Of a stretch of 64,000 nt of DNA, positions 12,516-25,459 are shown piece after piece. The stretch comes from Squalus acanthias (lineage: Eukaryota). A program made the position numbers and the translations under genes. The notes below the pieces were generated by a model that was given only the letters and a program-made list of their open reading frames with translations, ran no database searches and was not told the origin of the DNA. Every line of letters begins with the position of its first letter. The stretch's first letter is position 1. The stretch lies in assembly GCA_030390025.1 (NCBI GenBank), contig CM059425.1, forward strand, positions 78,616,001-78,680,000. The letters run 5' to 3'.

Positions 12516-13056
12516 ACCAATTACACTCGGTCAAGTCTTGAGCCCCAAAGGAATTTTCAGAAAATAAATTCCCAGACATAATTTATTTTGTAAAACTAGG
12601 ACAAACCGAATCAGTGAACAAAGCTTTTGTTGACTTGTTTGGATTTGTGTTTTGGATCTAACTTACACTTAATGGCCTGTTTTATAAGTAACAGTCTATC
12701 CATGATGTCTCTGTTGAAAGCCGAACAATATTGCTAAGTGCAGTGGCTCGGTGCTACTTTACAGTTTATTTGTACATGCAAGACCTCCATCTACTGGACA
12801 GAGTGCGCTGTGAAATTGTCAGAGCTGCCTGCACCATTCTTGCTGCATTATTATCACAACAGCTGAATGCCTCCAGTGAAAAAGAAATGTATCATCTGTT
12901 CCCACAGCTACCTAAAGTTGCAGTGACTGAAATGTAGCTTGTAACACACTGGGATATTTCTTTTGTCAAGAAGCCCTTTTCGTGCGTTAAAGTGCTGTTT
13001 TTCTTACAGATAGGCCTTATGAGAGAGAGAGGAAAACGGCTACAAAAACCAGCACA

Positions 13057-13207
13057 ATGACATCGGCCACAGATTTTGATAATGTGGAGATCCAGCAGCA
13101 GTACAGCCACATCAATGCTCGCTGGGAACTCTCGGATGAAGGTGAACTCGATAACGACAACAGCTCGGCAAGGTTGTTTGAGCGCTCCAGGATCAAAGCT
13201 CTTGCAG
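13057..13207 (+). CDS. SPTB: First coding exon of beta-spectrin (erythrocytic type most similar)
   Basis: Encodes [50 protein letters not shown]. The acceptor TTCTTACAG ends at 13009 and a phase-1 donor G|GTTAGG follows at 13208. MTSAT, INARW and ELDNDNSS favour SPTB over SPTBN1. Confidence 0.92.
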
Positions 13208-14734
13208 GTTAGGTGACTGAACTCCAGATTCTTTTCTGAGAATTTGGTTGGATATTGCTCATGCTTTCAGCTATTCTGGTTTGATAATGTCGTAAATCTC
13301 TCAGGTATATTAAAATGATATATATTCAATCCATTGCCTTTGCGAAGGTACATTCTTTGATTAAATAGGCAACAGTTTGAAAGCAATGCTTTTTCTGAGG
13401 AGGGAAAGAAAAAGATTTGCTTGCAATTGTGACTTGTACATTAAAGTAAAGCTTAAAAAGTATCACGAACGACTGTGGTTTTCTGATAATTCTGGTATAG
13501 TAGCATTTAATTTCTGACAGGTAGTTTTGCAGGTAGCAAACTGGCAATGTACCTGTCATCTTCAAAAGCTTTTTTTAAAGTGAGGCCCAAAAGATTTATT
13601 TTCTATAATGTCCATTTTTCTGTCTGTGTATGTAATTGTGACTGAAAATAGCCTCACTATCTCACCTACCGGAATATGGATTGGCAAGGTCCTAGATTAT
13701 CATAAAAATCAATCTGATATTCAGCTTCACATCCTTGCAAAAGATCAGGCATATTGAAAAGGTTTTAAAATAATGCCATTTTAACGTCCTCTGCTCAAAG
13801 GACAAGTTTAATCACATAAGCTGTACATGCAGCCAATGTATACATAGTCTGGAGGCATGTAAGTTCATGTGCAGCATTGTGGTCTATCACTCATACAGCT
13901 TGTTTCCCCACATCACACTGTATGAATGGGTTTTCAAAAGGGGCATTTTTGCCACTCCAGAGCATTTGGCAAACCTCAGTGGAGCTTGTGCATGATAACT
14001 TGTATAATGATTGCAGATGCAAACAAAAAGATACAGCTACATATTTAAAAGATTTAATGCACGCCCATCAGACATCAGTTGTGATTTGTTATTTTAAACG
14101 AAAAAAAGGAGAGAAAGCAAGCCATTGATTTCCCGCTGGGTTTCTGACCTGAGATAACCTGGCCTCTTCTCAAGGACAGCAGCCAAGCAGTTGTCAATGT
14201 AGAAAAAAACCGGCCAACAGCAATTAGACTCTAATTGACCCCAGGATCTGCCATTTAGACCGCTTCCCAAGGAAAGTACCTTGGTTTTGGCTTTGAAGGG
14301 ACAGACTGGTTAAGCAGTATTCAGATGCCAGACAAACTTGTCAGCAATGCCATGGGACATCAGCATATATTTTTTAACCAAAAGGTAAGGTGAAGGATTA
14401 AAATCACCCAGCAAAAATTGCATTTCAAATGTTTAAACTTTCCTGACAGACAGTATATAAGCTCCAAAACTGAGTTTTTGTAGTAGGTTGTTCCTGACTG
14501 TTTTAAAAACTGAACATCCTTTGAAAACTCTCCAATACTGTCCAGTATAGTGATGATATATCTTCAAGGTTATAGTCAAAGCAAAGCTCGAAAGATTCAC
14601 TATTATGATAAATTCAGTTGTCAGTTCATGTTATGGATTTAGATATTTTACTGTGTGACACATGCATCTGCAAAATCATGACACTTAGCAAGTTTTTCCT
14701 ATGTTTTCCACTAATTTACTTGTAATCTCCTCTC

Positions 14735-15110
14735 CTGAAGGTGTGGGATCGTTGGTGGGGTACAAGTGCTCTCCACTACTTCACCCAAATGGTCACGCTG
14801 TGCGTGAACTTCGGCAGTGGGTTGTTAGCAGGCCATTCACCCACAGGAGACATCACAGCTGAGTCCAATCCTGTCCTCATCCAATGCTCACACATGCACA
14901 TTTGAAGTAGTGGTGACTGGAAAGCTATTGGAAGCAGACACTGTGGCCAGTTTTCCCCTCAGTTCTCCAGGGCCACTGAGGCTAAATGTAGCATCCCAAC
15001 TGTCGTCCTAGCCGAGATCAAGAAGCAGCACAGATCAGTGATCAAACCTGGGAGTTTCTTGGTCCATGTAGCTGAACTATCCTCTGTCTCAACCAGGTAG
15101 CCATTGAGGG
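14735..15110 (-). mobile_element. Old tRNA-derived SINE (related decayed copies at about 1-95 and 59115-59390)
   Basis: B-box-like CAGGTTTGATCACTG on the minus strand, and diffuse similarity among the three loci. Confidence 0.45.
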
Positions 15111-15201
15111 AGCAACAAAACAAATATATCAAAGCTGAGTTTTCCACCTCTTTTAACATTTTCTTGGCGTGATTTTTTTTTTTTACATACTCCTAAAGAT
15201 G

Positions 15202-15625
15202 GGGGTAATTTTACCCTAACCTGATTGTAGGACCCCGATTGCAATTTTAATGTACAAATGGATGAAGCATATGCTAGTTCCAGTTGTACCAGGCTTTGAG
15301 CGGCCTTAAGAGAACCTCAGGAAAAGGTTTTTGTGGGGTCGGCAGGGGCAGGCCAGCTGTCCCGTTCTCCCCGTTCCCCCTCCTCTCCCCACTGGCCAGG
15401 GTCCGTTCCCACCCCGAACAACAGGCCTGACTTGCCAGCTGGCTCCATGCTGAAGCCGTCCAGTGTTTCACCCTCCAAAACCAGCAACCTATCTGGTACC
15501 AGCAGCTCGCGGGTACAATGTAAATGAGGCCCACAGCTGAAAATGGTTCGGGCCTCCCAGCTGTGGCCTTGGGCTGGTGCCGTGGGCACATCGCCGACTT
15601 TCAGCCGAAGTTGAAAATCCAACCC
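15202..15625. mobile_element. Degenerate Harbinger-type MITE
   Basis: Ends GGGGTAATTTT / AAAATCCAACCC with possible TSD ATG, GC-rich interior. Confidence 0.45.
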
Positions 15626-16491
15626 ATGATTTCCAGCTCCTCTGCTGTTGTATTCATCTTCCCCTAATGGTGGTATTTGAGCTCTTTACCTCACTGTTCC
15701 CTGGAGGCACCTCTGTCTAGGAACAACTAAGTGGTAGGGCTGAATGAATGAGGAGGGCTTCAACCTGGTTTGGACTCTTTAAAAAAGGTCTTGCTTTGCC
15801 TTTTGAAATTAAAAATATATGGAGGGTCATTTGTAGGACTATTTCCATCTCTTACAAGCAGTTTCAGGCTGATGAGCACGTTTTAAACAATCAAAGGAAT
15901 GAGGGAAATCTAAGACAGGCCAGTATGTGTGCAACTATCTCCCTTTATAGGATCATGTTACAATTCAGGTCACTGCATTCATGTTAAAGAGCTAGTGCTA
16001 TTCCTAAACAAAATACAACATTGGAACATGGTTTCAATTACTCTAAAGCCACTTGCCTCTGAATAGAGTGTCTTGTAAAATACCGCATGGTAAATATTTA
16101 AAAGCTGGAGCCGAATGTATTAGATAGCTGACATCCACCTCAATGAGTAAATCCCAGGCATTGCAGCCCATGATTTTTAAGTAATTCAGAATCTAGCTAT
16201 TATCACAATTTGTTTTGAGACTGGGTAACCAATACACTAGAGTAATGTGACCTTACTTTGTTTTGCTGTGTAGCCAGTCCTGTTAGTGAAACCGGTCATA
16301 CTTGACATAGAAATCAAAGGGTGGCAAACTTTTCATAAATCATACTGGTTTGTGTTCTTCATATCTGAGAAACCCAAGCTCTGTAACTGTGTCATGGAAC
16401 CATTATCCCTTGCCGAGATGAATGTATATTATTAGCAGATCTCCTCTGGTCATTCTGTCCTTATTTTTATATTTCCTTATAAATTCCAATG

Positions 16492-16610
16492 TCCACAATT
16501 ATAATGGAAACTGCCGATGTAATCTTGAGTTGCTGCAATTACACCCCCTGCCAATGATGGTGTTGCAGCACCTCCAATGGGGTGATTGCAGTTTCCATTA
16601 TAAATGTGGA
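16492..16610. repeat. 119-bp inverted-repeat element
   Basis: 23-bp arms TCCACAATTATAATGGAAACTGC / GCAGTTTCCATTATAAATGTGGA with one mismatch. Confidence 0.75.
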
Positions 16611-16716
16611 TAAAGAAATTTGTAATAAAACAAATTGACAGAAGTGTACGTAGACGAAAGCTGGCCAACGCAGTGCAGCGTTCACTTCCTCCCATCGAAT
16701 AGGTTCTTTAATCTGG

Positions 16717-17008
16717 ACAACAACAACAACAACCACTTGTATTTGTATAGCGCCTTTAACGTAGTAAAACGTCCCAAGGCGCTGCACAGGATTATTATAA
16801 GACAAAAAATTTGACATCGATCCACATAAGGAGAAATTAGAGCAGGTGACCAAAAGCTTGGTCAAAGAGGTAGGTTTTAAGGAGCGTCTTAAAGGAGGAA
16901 AGAGAGGTAGAGAGGCGGAGAGGTTTAGGCAGGGAATTCCAGAGCTTAGGGCCTAGGCAACAGAAGGCACGGCCACCAATGGTTGAGCGATTATAATCAG
17001 GGATGCTC
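16717..17008 (-). mobile_element. L2 LINE 3' end
   Basis: C-terminus GGRAFCCLGPKLWNSLP...SFKTLLKTYLF followed by a (GTT)n tail. Confidence 0.85.
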
Positions 17009-17072
17009 ACTTTACTAGTTTTTCTGATATCTCTCTGTACACTGCTCTTCCAGACCCCGAGGATGCTGGAGA

Positions 17073-17532
17073 GAAAAGAAAGACTTGCATTTATGCAGCG
17101 CCTTTCACGACCACCGGCACCCCAAAATGCTTTACAGCCAATGAAGTACTTTTTTTGAAGTGTAGTCACTGTTGTAATGTAGGAAACACGGCAGCCAATT
17201 TGCGCACAGCAAGCTCCCACAAACAGCAATGTGATCATGACCAGATAATCTGTTTTTTTAGTGATGCTGGTTGAGGGATAAATATTGTCCAGGACACCGG
17301 GGATAACTTCCCTGCTCTTCTTCGAAATAGTGTCATGATCTTTTATGTCCACCCGAGAGAGCAGACGGGGCTTCTGTTTAAAGTCCGAAAGACGGAACCT
17401 CAGTGCAGCACTCCCTCAGTACTGCAGTGGAGTGTCAGCCTAGATTTTTGTGCTCAAGTCTGTGGAGTGGGACTTGATCCCCACAACCGTCTGGCTCAGA
17501 GGCGAGTGTGCTACCAACTGAGCCACAGCTGG
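17073..17532 (-). mobile_element. Full-length tRNA-headed Deu-domain SINE (SacSINE1/AmnSINE-like)
   Basis: A box TGGCTCAGTTGG, a Deu-like core (CCCCGTCTGCTCTCTCGGGTGGACATAAAAGATC...TATTTCGAAGAAGAGCAGGG) and a tail resembling the adjacent L2 3' end. Confidence 0.8.
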
Positions 17533-18212
17533 CACCTAAGCTGACACACAGCGGAAGCCTAACTTTCTTGTGGCATGGTACATGTGAGTTATTTCCCTCT
17601 CAAGTTTGTGAATTGAAACCAGCAGTTCAGCTTCTGGTGTGAGTTGCCCAGTGTATCTTGGTAATTGCTTGTGATTCTGCTAACAATTCTGGGTTCTTGC
17701 AGCTTTACAGGTCTATGAGATTTGATAAAGGGAGACGTGATGGCTAGATTAGATAGAATAGCTACGTGCATTTGAACGGAGAGGTACCTCACATGCATAA
17801 AATGCAGCCTAAAATTTCAAGAGACCCTTTCTTCCGCTTTAGCAAGTCAACTGTCTGCCAACTCTTCAGTGAAGCATAGATTGAATTTCATACAGAAGTG
17901 TGGGGCCATAGCTGAATGCACGCCATCCATAAAATGACTGATCTACAGCAGCCAAATATTCAATAGTTTATAGCCATTAGAAAATATGGCTGGTGTTTTG
18001 CTGAGAAGCTCAAAATCTGCAGAGTAATGTGCACTACAGAAATAGTACTAACATCCCAAGGAACATATGGGGATGAGACAATTTTCTGAATTTGTGCTTT
18101 CGGCTGGGAGCCTTGCCTGCCATCAGCATCGATTGGAAATTAACTTTAAATAGTCAAAAGATTCTGCGCAGTGCACTCTCAAATATCTGATACGTGCTTT
18201 AGTGGGTGAGAG

Positions 18213-18545
18213 CATAAGAACATGAGAATGAGGAGCAGGAGTCGGCCAGACGGCCCCTCAAGCCTGCTCCGCCATTCAATAAGATCATGGCTGATCTTCC
18301 ACCTCAACTCCACTTTCCCGCCCGATCTCCATATCCCTTGATTCCCCTAGAGTCCAAAAATCTATCTATCTCAGCCTTGAATATGCTCAACGATTCAGCA
18401 TCTACAGAGCTTTGGCGTAGAGAATTCCAAAGATTCACAATCCTCTGAGTGAAGAAATTCCTCCTCATCTCAGTCTAAAATGGCCGACCTGTTATCCAGA
18501 GACTATGCCCCCTTAGTTCTAGACTCTCCAGCCAGGGGAAACAAC
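18213..18545 (-). mobile_element. CR1 LINE 3' end
   Basis: Matches about 57830-58157 and has a CATAAGAA-type tail. Confidence 0.85.
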
Positions 18546-19737
18546 CTGAGGTTGCCAATAACAGTGCAAGCTTGAAAAAAAATGCTGCTATACGTTTAAA
18601 AGAGTGAGCTTAAATTCCCAATGTGGTAGGACTTGGATTTGTGTCTCAGTTTCCCCAAACTCTCAAGTGTGATGTTAGGGGGAAGTATGTTCTTCGGCGA
18701 AGGAAATTCTGAATGCATGTTGCACAGGGTTGCTAGCCATGTACCTTCTAGCAGCCAGGTGAAATAGCAGAGTCCTAGGAGCTGTGATATGGTACTTTAT
18801 GCAGAAACGCCTGAAGTGAGAGAGCAACATATATAAATCATCACCTACATTTGAAAAAAGTTAAATATTAATTTATACACAAAATGTTTCACACAGGAGA
18901 CCACTGTGTTGAGTCATCCAGTCTCTCACTGTTGTAAAATAAAATGGAACATCGACATCTTGTCTAATATCCTGTACAATAGAATGAAGCATAGATTGAA
19001 TTCTTACAGACGTGTGCGGCCTACCATTCAGGACATGGCTGAACAATTGACCCCCCCCCCCCCGTCCCGTCCCCCCACATATGCCCCTTGGAATGTTAGT
19101 ACTATTTCTGCTAGCTTCTCGAGGAATGCCATATCATGGATGGTATAAGATAGGTTTCACTATTGTTAACTGAGTTTTTATTCTTGCTGCTGCACTTACA
19201 AGAAGTAAGAGGCATCATTTCGTCATATCACCAGCAGATTTACATTATCCGTGCATTCTTTAGTTTGATAGTGTGTTTTATTTTCCCCCCAATATTTTTA
19301 TATTTTACTCAGCCAGTTATTCTTTCCTTCCTCTTCCCTCCTACATTCCACTTCAAACAGGGTAACTGGACAGTGTGAGACTTGACGTTCCCCAGTTCAG
19401 TCTGTGAAGAGAATTGGATTTCTGTAGGGAGCTTTGGTTGGGCTAATTTTCCTTCCATCTGAGATGAAGGCAGTGAATTTAATGGAGCAGGCGGGCTGGA
19501 GTCGGGTTGCCTGGTGGGCGGGTTCCGGTCCTGCTGCCGGTTTCAGCCGCTCCCGATTAACGGTTTTGGTTTAAGTGGCCTCAGTATGCCCGCCGTACGC
19601 GCTGCCCGGCCCAATGATTGGGAGCGGATCTGTTGCGGTCCACTGATGACGTCATTGCTGCAGTTGTCTTTAAGGGGCCCATGTAGCCTCAGCTTGTCAT
19701 TTCCTTTCTGCTGCTGTGTGAATGGGCCCAGGTTATA

Positions 19738-21636
19738 ATGACTGCTGCCAAAGACATGGCTGCTCCACGGTTCGATGAGGACACTCTCCAAGCTCTTGTG
19801 GAGGGAGTAAGAGGGCTCAGGGAGATTCTGTTCCCTCCCGATGGCCGGAGGAAGCCTCCTCAGCAAACCAAGGCAGCCTGGCTGCACATTGCTGAGGAGG
19901 TAATCGCTAGGTCCTTATGTTCACGCACCTGGGTCCTGTGCCGAAAACGGTTTAATGATCTTCTGCGCTCATCAAAAGTGAGTATCACATCACACTTACC
20001 TTCACTCTGCTTCCCTTCTCTTCTCATCACCAGCACTCTGCTTTGTCAGCCCCCTCCTCCACATCCCACCTTACCCTTACTTTCCTTGCACCCTTACCTA
20101 TCCATCTCTCTCTCTCTGTACTGAATCACCTCACCATCCTGCTATGCACCCCTCAGACTCGCTCTCACTGTTATGCATTGACAACAACTAGCAACGCACA
20201 GGGAGGCAGCTTCCTCTTGGCACCTCACTCCATCCTCATCTCCCTCTAACCTTCTATGTTATGGATTCTTCACAGTCAATCCATCAATCTCGCTGAGACT
20301 CCACTTGCAGGAAAGAATAGCCCACAATAAGAGGGAGAGAGCATCGACAGGAGGAGGCACACCATCCCTGGCGACATTGGCAAGTGCTGAGGAGGCTGCT
20401 CACGAGATCATGGGAGGTGGCGAGGAGCTGGAAGTGGGGGACGGAGAGACGGGCGCAGCAGAGGAAGCTGGTGACAGAATAGATGTTCAACCCTCTCATT
20501 TAGATTTCATGATTGACTGCAATGACATATGATGTTCATAGAGATTGACTTTTGATCATTTGCACAATAGGATGTGTCTGCTACCTAAAAATCAGATGTC
20601 TAACTCATGCCTTTACTCTCCCACAGGACCATCGAGTGCCCCCCTCCCCACTGTCCAGGAGGAAGAGCCGGACAACTCCTCAGAGGAACCTGCAGCCTCT
20701 GAGGGAGCAACGTCACCAGGACTCAGCGCACCCAGCACCAGCGCAGAAACGCACACCTCGGCGGGTCCTTCGCGACATAGAGTAGTGTTGTCACCTGGCG
20801 CTGTTACAAGTAAGCATCAGCAGATGGTGGAGACAGCGACAGCAGTGGAGAGTCCTCGTTGGAGGTCGCAGGACGCTCCTAGCTCTGCTCAGCTGCATGT
20901 AGACGCTGTGCCTCTGGGGCCATCCAGAAAGAGAGCGGTGCTGGAGCTTCAGGAACAAGTGCAGGAGTCTCTGACAGGGTTTGCATCCAGGGTAACTGCG
21001 AGTGTGCAGAGAATGGAGGAATTTATTTCAAACATGAGCACTGCCTTTGTGGAGGCAATGGCACATTAACGTGCCGCCGTGGAGAGGGTGGCAACCTCCA
21101 TGGAGGAGATAAGTCGCCAGACTTAGGAGAACATGGTGACTCTTCTAAATAGATGGTCTGCTATGGAGGATAGATGGGCTTCTATTGAGGAGAGACACCA
21201 GAGGTACATGGACGGCCCTGTTATGAGGACTGTCAGTACAGAGACGGGTCCTCATGGCCCCACTGATTTGCAGCAAGGTGCTCTCCAGCCACTTGCTAGC
21301 ACTGAAGTGCGGGTGACCCATGAGAGGGATGTTAGTGGCCAACAACAAGGAAGTGTGGACTCCTCTCCAAGCGCTCACACGACCATGCCACTGCGGAGCC
21401 CTCTGTCAGAGCCCCAGATTCCTCACCCAACTGAGATGGCCGTCTCAGCCCCTGCACAGCCGCAGGAAGAGCAGATTGTGGAGGAGCCCTCCCAGGCTCC
21501 CAAACCCAGAGGACGCCCGCCAAAGGCGTCTAAGCAGGCGCAGCATCAAAGTGAGCAAGGTGCCTGTACCTCTGCTGAAGCCACAAGGGAAGCACCGCGT
21601 AGAAGCACGCGTAAGAGGAAGTTAACATACAAATAG
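19738..21636 (+). pseudogene. Harbinger Myb/SANT-like (trihelix) DNA-binding protein, 3 exons: 19738-19977, 20311-20470, 20627-21636
   Basis: APRFDEDTLQALV...WLHIAEEV...RTWVLCRKRFNDL then RERASTGGG. GT/AG sites have compatible phases (0, 1). Two in-frame stops lie near 21067 and 21124. Basic C-terminus RRSTRKRK. Confidence 0.85.
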
Positions 21637-21916
21637 TCACAAGGGTAGTCACTTGGGTGTTTTGTGTAGTAAAGTATGGATTGTTATCCTTATTGTGATG
21701 TTATTAAACAAAAGTGATGGCAAAGAGTTGAAGTTTTGGCCTATGTGTTCTGAGAAATGGAAGTTGCACAGTGAGGGCTCAGGGCGACTTGCATTTGTAA
21801 TGATGGTGGTGAGAGTGATAGGAAAGCACTGTTTATTGGAGAGATGATGTATGGTGTGTTAAGAAGGTCGTCCACACATTCATAGCCATCTGCCAGCCAC
21901 CTGTGGTTGAAGCGTA

Positions 21917-23129
21917 AGCTTACGCGAATCATGCATGGATGAGTGCATCCCTTGCCTGACGGCCAGCAATCTAGTTGCGTGCTGCTGCATTGGCCACATC
22001 CGGCCCCGCAATGCGTGCCCCCTCCTCCTCGTCCTTGTCCTCCTCCTCGGCCTCCTCCTCCTCCTCTTCCTCATCCTCCCCCTCTTCCGAAGAGGTTGTG
22101 CGCTGAGCCACTTGTTCCTCAGGCAGCGCCAAGACATGCTGCTGTGCAATGTTGTGCAGGGCACAGCAGACGACGATGAATCTGGACACCCTGACTGGTG
22201 CATACTGTAGGGCTCCACCAGATCTGTCGAGGCAACGGAATCGCATTTTGAGCAAGCCGATGGTTTGATGGCCTCCTCATCGGTGTCATGAGCCACTTTT
22301 TCAGGGGATAGCCCTTGTCGCCAAGTAGCCATCCAGAAAGTTGGGTTGGCGGATTGAAGAGCTGAGGCACAGTAGACTGCCGCAAGATGAAGGAGTCATG
22401 GCAACTGCCAGGGTACTTGGCGCAAACATGCATGATGATCTTACTGTGGTTACACACCAGTTGGACGTTAAGGGAGTGGAAACCCTTGTGGTTGACAAAT
22501 ACAGCTGGGTTGTGATGGGGTGCCCTAATGACCATATGTGTGCAGTCTATGACGCCCTGCACCCTTGACGAGCCTGCCATATTTGCAAAGCCAACCGCAT
22601 GCGTGGTTACACTTGCTTCATCCATGGAGAAGTGGATGTAATTGTGCGCCTTTGCAAAGAGCGCATCGGTAACCTGCGTGATGCAGGCGTGTGCGGCCAA
22701 CTGGGAGATGCCGCTGATGTCTGCAGCTGATCCCTGGAAGGAGCCCGAAGCAAAGAACTTGAGTGCGGTGGTGACTTTGACAGCCACTGGTAAGGAGTGT
22801 CCACCCGCTCCTCTGGGCTGCAGGTGTTGGTGCAGCATTGCGCAGATGTCAGCGACTACGTCTCGCGAAAGTCTCAGCCTCCTTTGGCACTGCTGCTCAC
22901 TCATGTTGAGGAAGCTCATCCTCAGCCTGTAAACCCTGTGTTGGGGGTATCTCCTGCGGCGAGATGCAGGCCTGCGCTGATGCCCTCTGCCCTGTGCAGC
23001 ATCATGAGGCTGAGGAGAAGGTTGGCGCTCCCGTTGTTGGTGCTGCTGCTGTGCCTGGTTGCGCTGCTGTCGCAGCTGCTCTTCCTCCGAATCTGACGAC
23101 CAGGATGAGAGGATATAAATGGTTCCCAT
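21917..23129 (-). pseudogene. Harbinger (HARBI1-like) DDE transposase with frameshifting deletion
   Basis: [30 protein letters not shown] and LLGDKGYPL, then after a frameshift near 22265 [13 protein letters not shown] and CCALHN. Confidence 0.92.
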
Positions 23130-25459
23130 ACTGCTGGTATATATCTCAGTCGAGGAATGGAGGTTGTTTGTGCTCAGACAAAGTGGCCAGAGGGTATTCC
23201 AAGGAGGTCGCGCAGCAGATGGATTTCAGCTTGAACACTCACAAGATTAGTTGAGCTGCAAAATGTGTCCCAAACCTCAAAGCACTAAGTTGTGGCATCT
23301 GAAAGTATGAGCTATTGCAGGACCGCTTTTAAGCTGTTCGAGCAGCTGCCAACAGTTCAGGCCCTCGCTAAACCCGGCACAGTGCAGCTGGCGTGTTTTT
23401 CTGACGGCGGGCAGCACGCAGAAAAAGCTGCAAAATCCGAACAGGCAGTTAAAATAAGATTATCCAGGCAGTTAACAAGCTGTTAACTGCCTTAAGTGCC
23501 TCTCCTGCCGTTTGGTGTCGGGTCAGTTCGGGAGCCACTGACCCGACACTTGCCAAAGTCGCGTGGAGGCGGGTTCGCAGCCTGCCGTCAATTTTTCCGA
23601 TTTTCGCTACCAACCCGCCTTCAAACCCGTCCTCTGAGTTCTATTAAATTCGCGGCCGAAGAGTTTCACCTCGCAGTCAGTCAAGAAATGGTGAAACTCA
23701 CCCGTTGATAAGAGGGTCATTTTGAATATAACTCATTGCTGTAAGTCTTGGAACTCTTTCAATGGCACTTTAACACTGCTGTGCTAAACCTATCAGACTG
23801 TTTGTCCTTGAATCACCCCGGTTGACCTCCACGACACGACAATGGCTACAGCATTTAGCTGTAGGCATTTGAGTGGAATTTAAGTGCTCATTCATGATGG
23901 CAGCTGCTTAATCTCAGTACTGGTTCTGTTTACTAACTTGTTGGTTCAGAGTTGTTTGAACCAGGTGGCACTTTAATAAAGGTGACCTGAAACTCAACTT
24001 CTACTACTTTGTTCTTTAACAAAAACCAATACAAACATTTCCTCCTTCGAACAAATACAATTTCCCTACACAAAAAAATAAATTACCATCATCAAAAATT
24101 GTTCTGATCCAAAAATCCTATTTTATGGGTTTAATTCTGTTCCCCAAACTCTTATTTGCAATAAGTGACTCCAAAGCCACTTGATTTTAAATAGACCATT
24201 TTGTAAACGATATCAGAGTAAAGCCAAGCAATAGCTGATCTCTTTTTCTTTTTAAGGATTGAGTAACTAGGTGGTGAAGTGGGATTTGAGTTAAAATCTA
24301 ACCCAAACTGATAGGATGAAAGTCTGTCGGCTCTAAGGGTCCGATGTAAAATGAGTTTGGGCAGTCTCATTCTAGTTCTTATTGGGTATGGATGGGACTG
24401 CAGTACAAAACTATCCCTAATTTAGTATTAATTGGAAATTTCACTCAGAGTGGCCACAGAAAAGCTGGTGTGGGGGAAAAAAAAGATCTCACACCAGTGC
24501 AGTAAAAGATTCTCTTCTGAGGGTGTGTTTGAGGCATGTTCGTAGGTCAGAAAATGCCTGAAATGGGAAGAGTTCCATTTCCCAGTGCTAACCTCACATT
24601 GAACATAAAAATGTAAAAACAAATGGGATTAACAAAGTCTGTGGCATTTGCTGCCCAACTTTACATTGTAAATAGGGGATTAATGGTACAGACTCGAATG
24701 TGAATGAAAACTAATGTAGGAGCAAACACAATCCATTTGAAAGCAGACTGCTACAGAAATGAATGGGGAACAACTGATTTGCTACACAATCATATTGCTT
24801 CTAGGTGTTCCACTACTTTTTGTAGTTTTTGTAAACAGTTGCAGTTTGAGTGGTAGTTGTTCCTGAATTAAATTTGCCCCTCAACATAAAATGTCACATT
24901 TGGAGCCTGTGCTTAGGATCTGACTGACTACCCATTATTATGCCATTTAAATTAATGGACATTAAACTAGAAAAGAGGGCAACTGGAGTGTCATATTTCA
25001 TTATTGCTAAGCACTCTAATGTTCATAAATGGTTTTCAAACTGACAGCCATAGGGCCTGTGAGTTGGGCCTTTTAAACTTAAAAGTTTTGCATAAATTCT
25101 TCTGTAATGAATGTAAGTGTTTTTCTGCAAACTTGAGCTTGGAAGATCTATTGAACAAGTGCAGACCTCTTCTGTTTTTTCTACCAATGCCCTGATCTTT
25201 GGTGCATGCTAAAGGGGCATTAATGTTGTGTCAGTCAGGTAACTAAGAAGCAGAGACGGTTGTGGGTTGGAAGGTGGGAGAAACTGGGAATTTATCCGTG
25301 AACTTGAATGTTATTCTGAGTTTGCAAAATTTGGTTATTAGTTAGCATTTTTACTTACTAATAAAACCAACAAAGACTGTGATAAGGGGTGAGGCTATGG
25401 AAATGAGAATTATTCATTTTTTGATAACATAAATGATCAAAAGCTAACTAAAATTTATA

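Larger units (their letters stand above)
19469..23657. mobile_element. Near-complete PIF/Harbinger DNA transposon with two convergent genes
   Basis: TIRs GGCAGTGAATTTAATGG / CTATTAAATTCGCGGCC and 3-bp TSD GAA. Contains a Myb/SANT-like gene (+) and a DDE transposase (-). Confidence 0.93.

Noticed and set aside
16837-17352. 171-aa ORF as a gene
   Set aside because: Chance fusion of SINE sequence with the L2 ORF2 C-terminus.
22119-23129. Host HARBI1 gene
   Set aside because: Lies within TIRs and a TSD with a partner Myb-like gene and has a frameshifting deletion, so it is a transposon copy.
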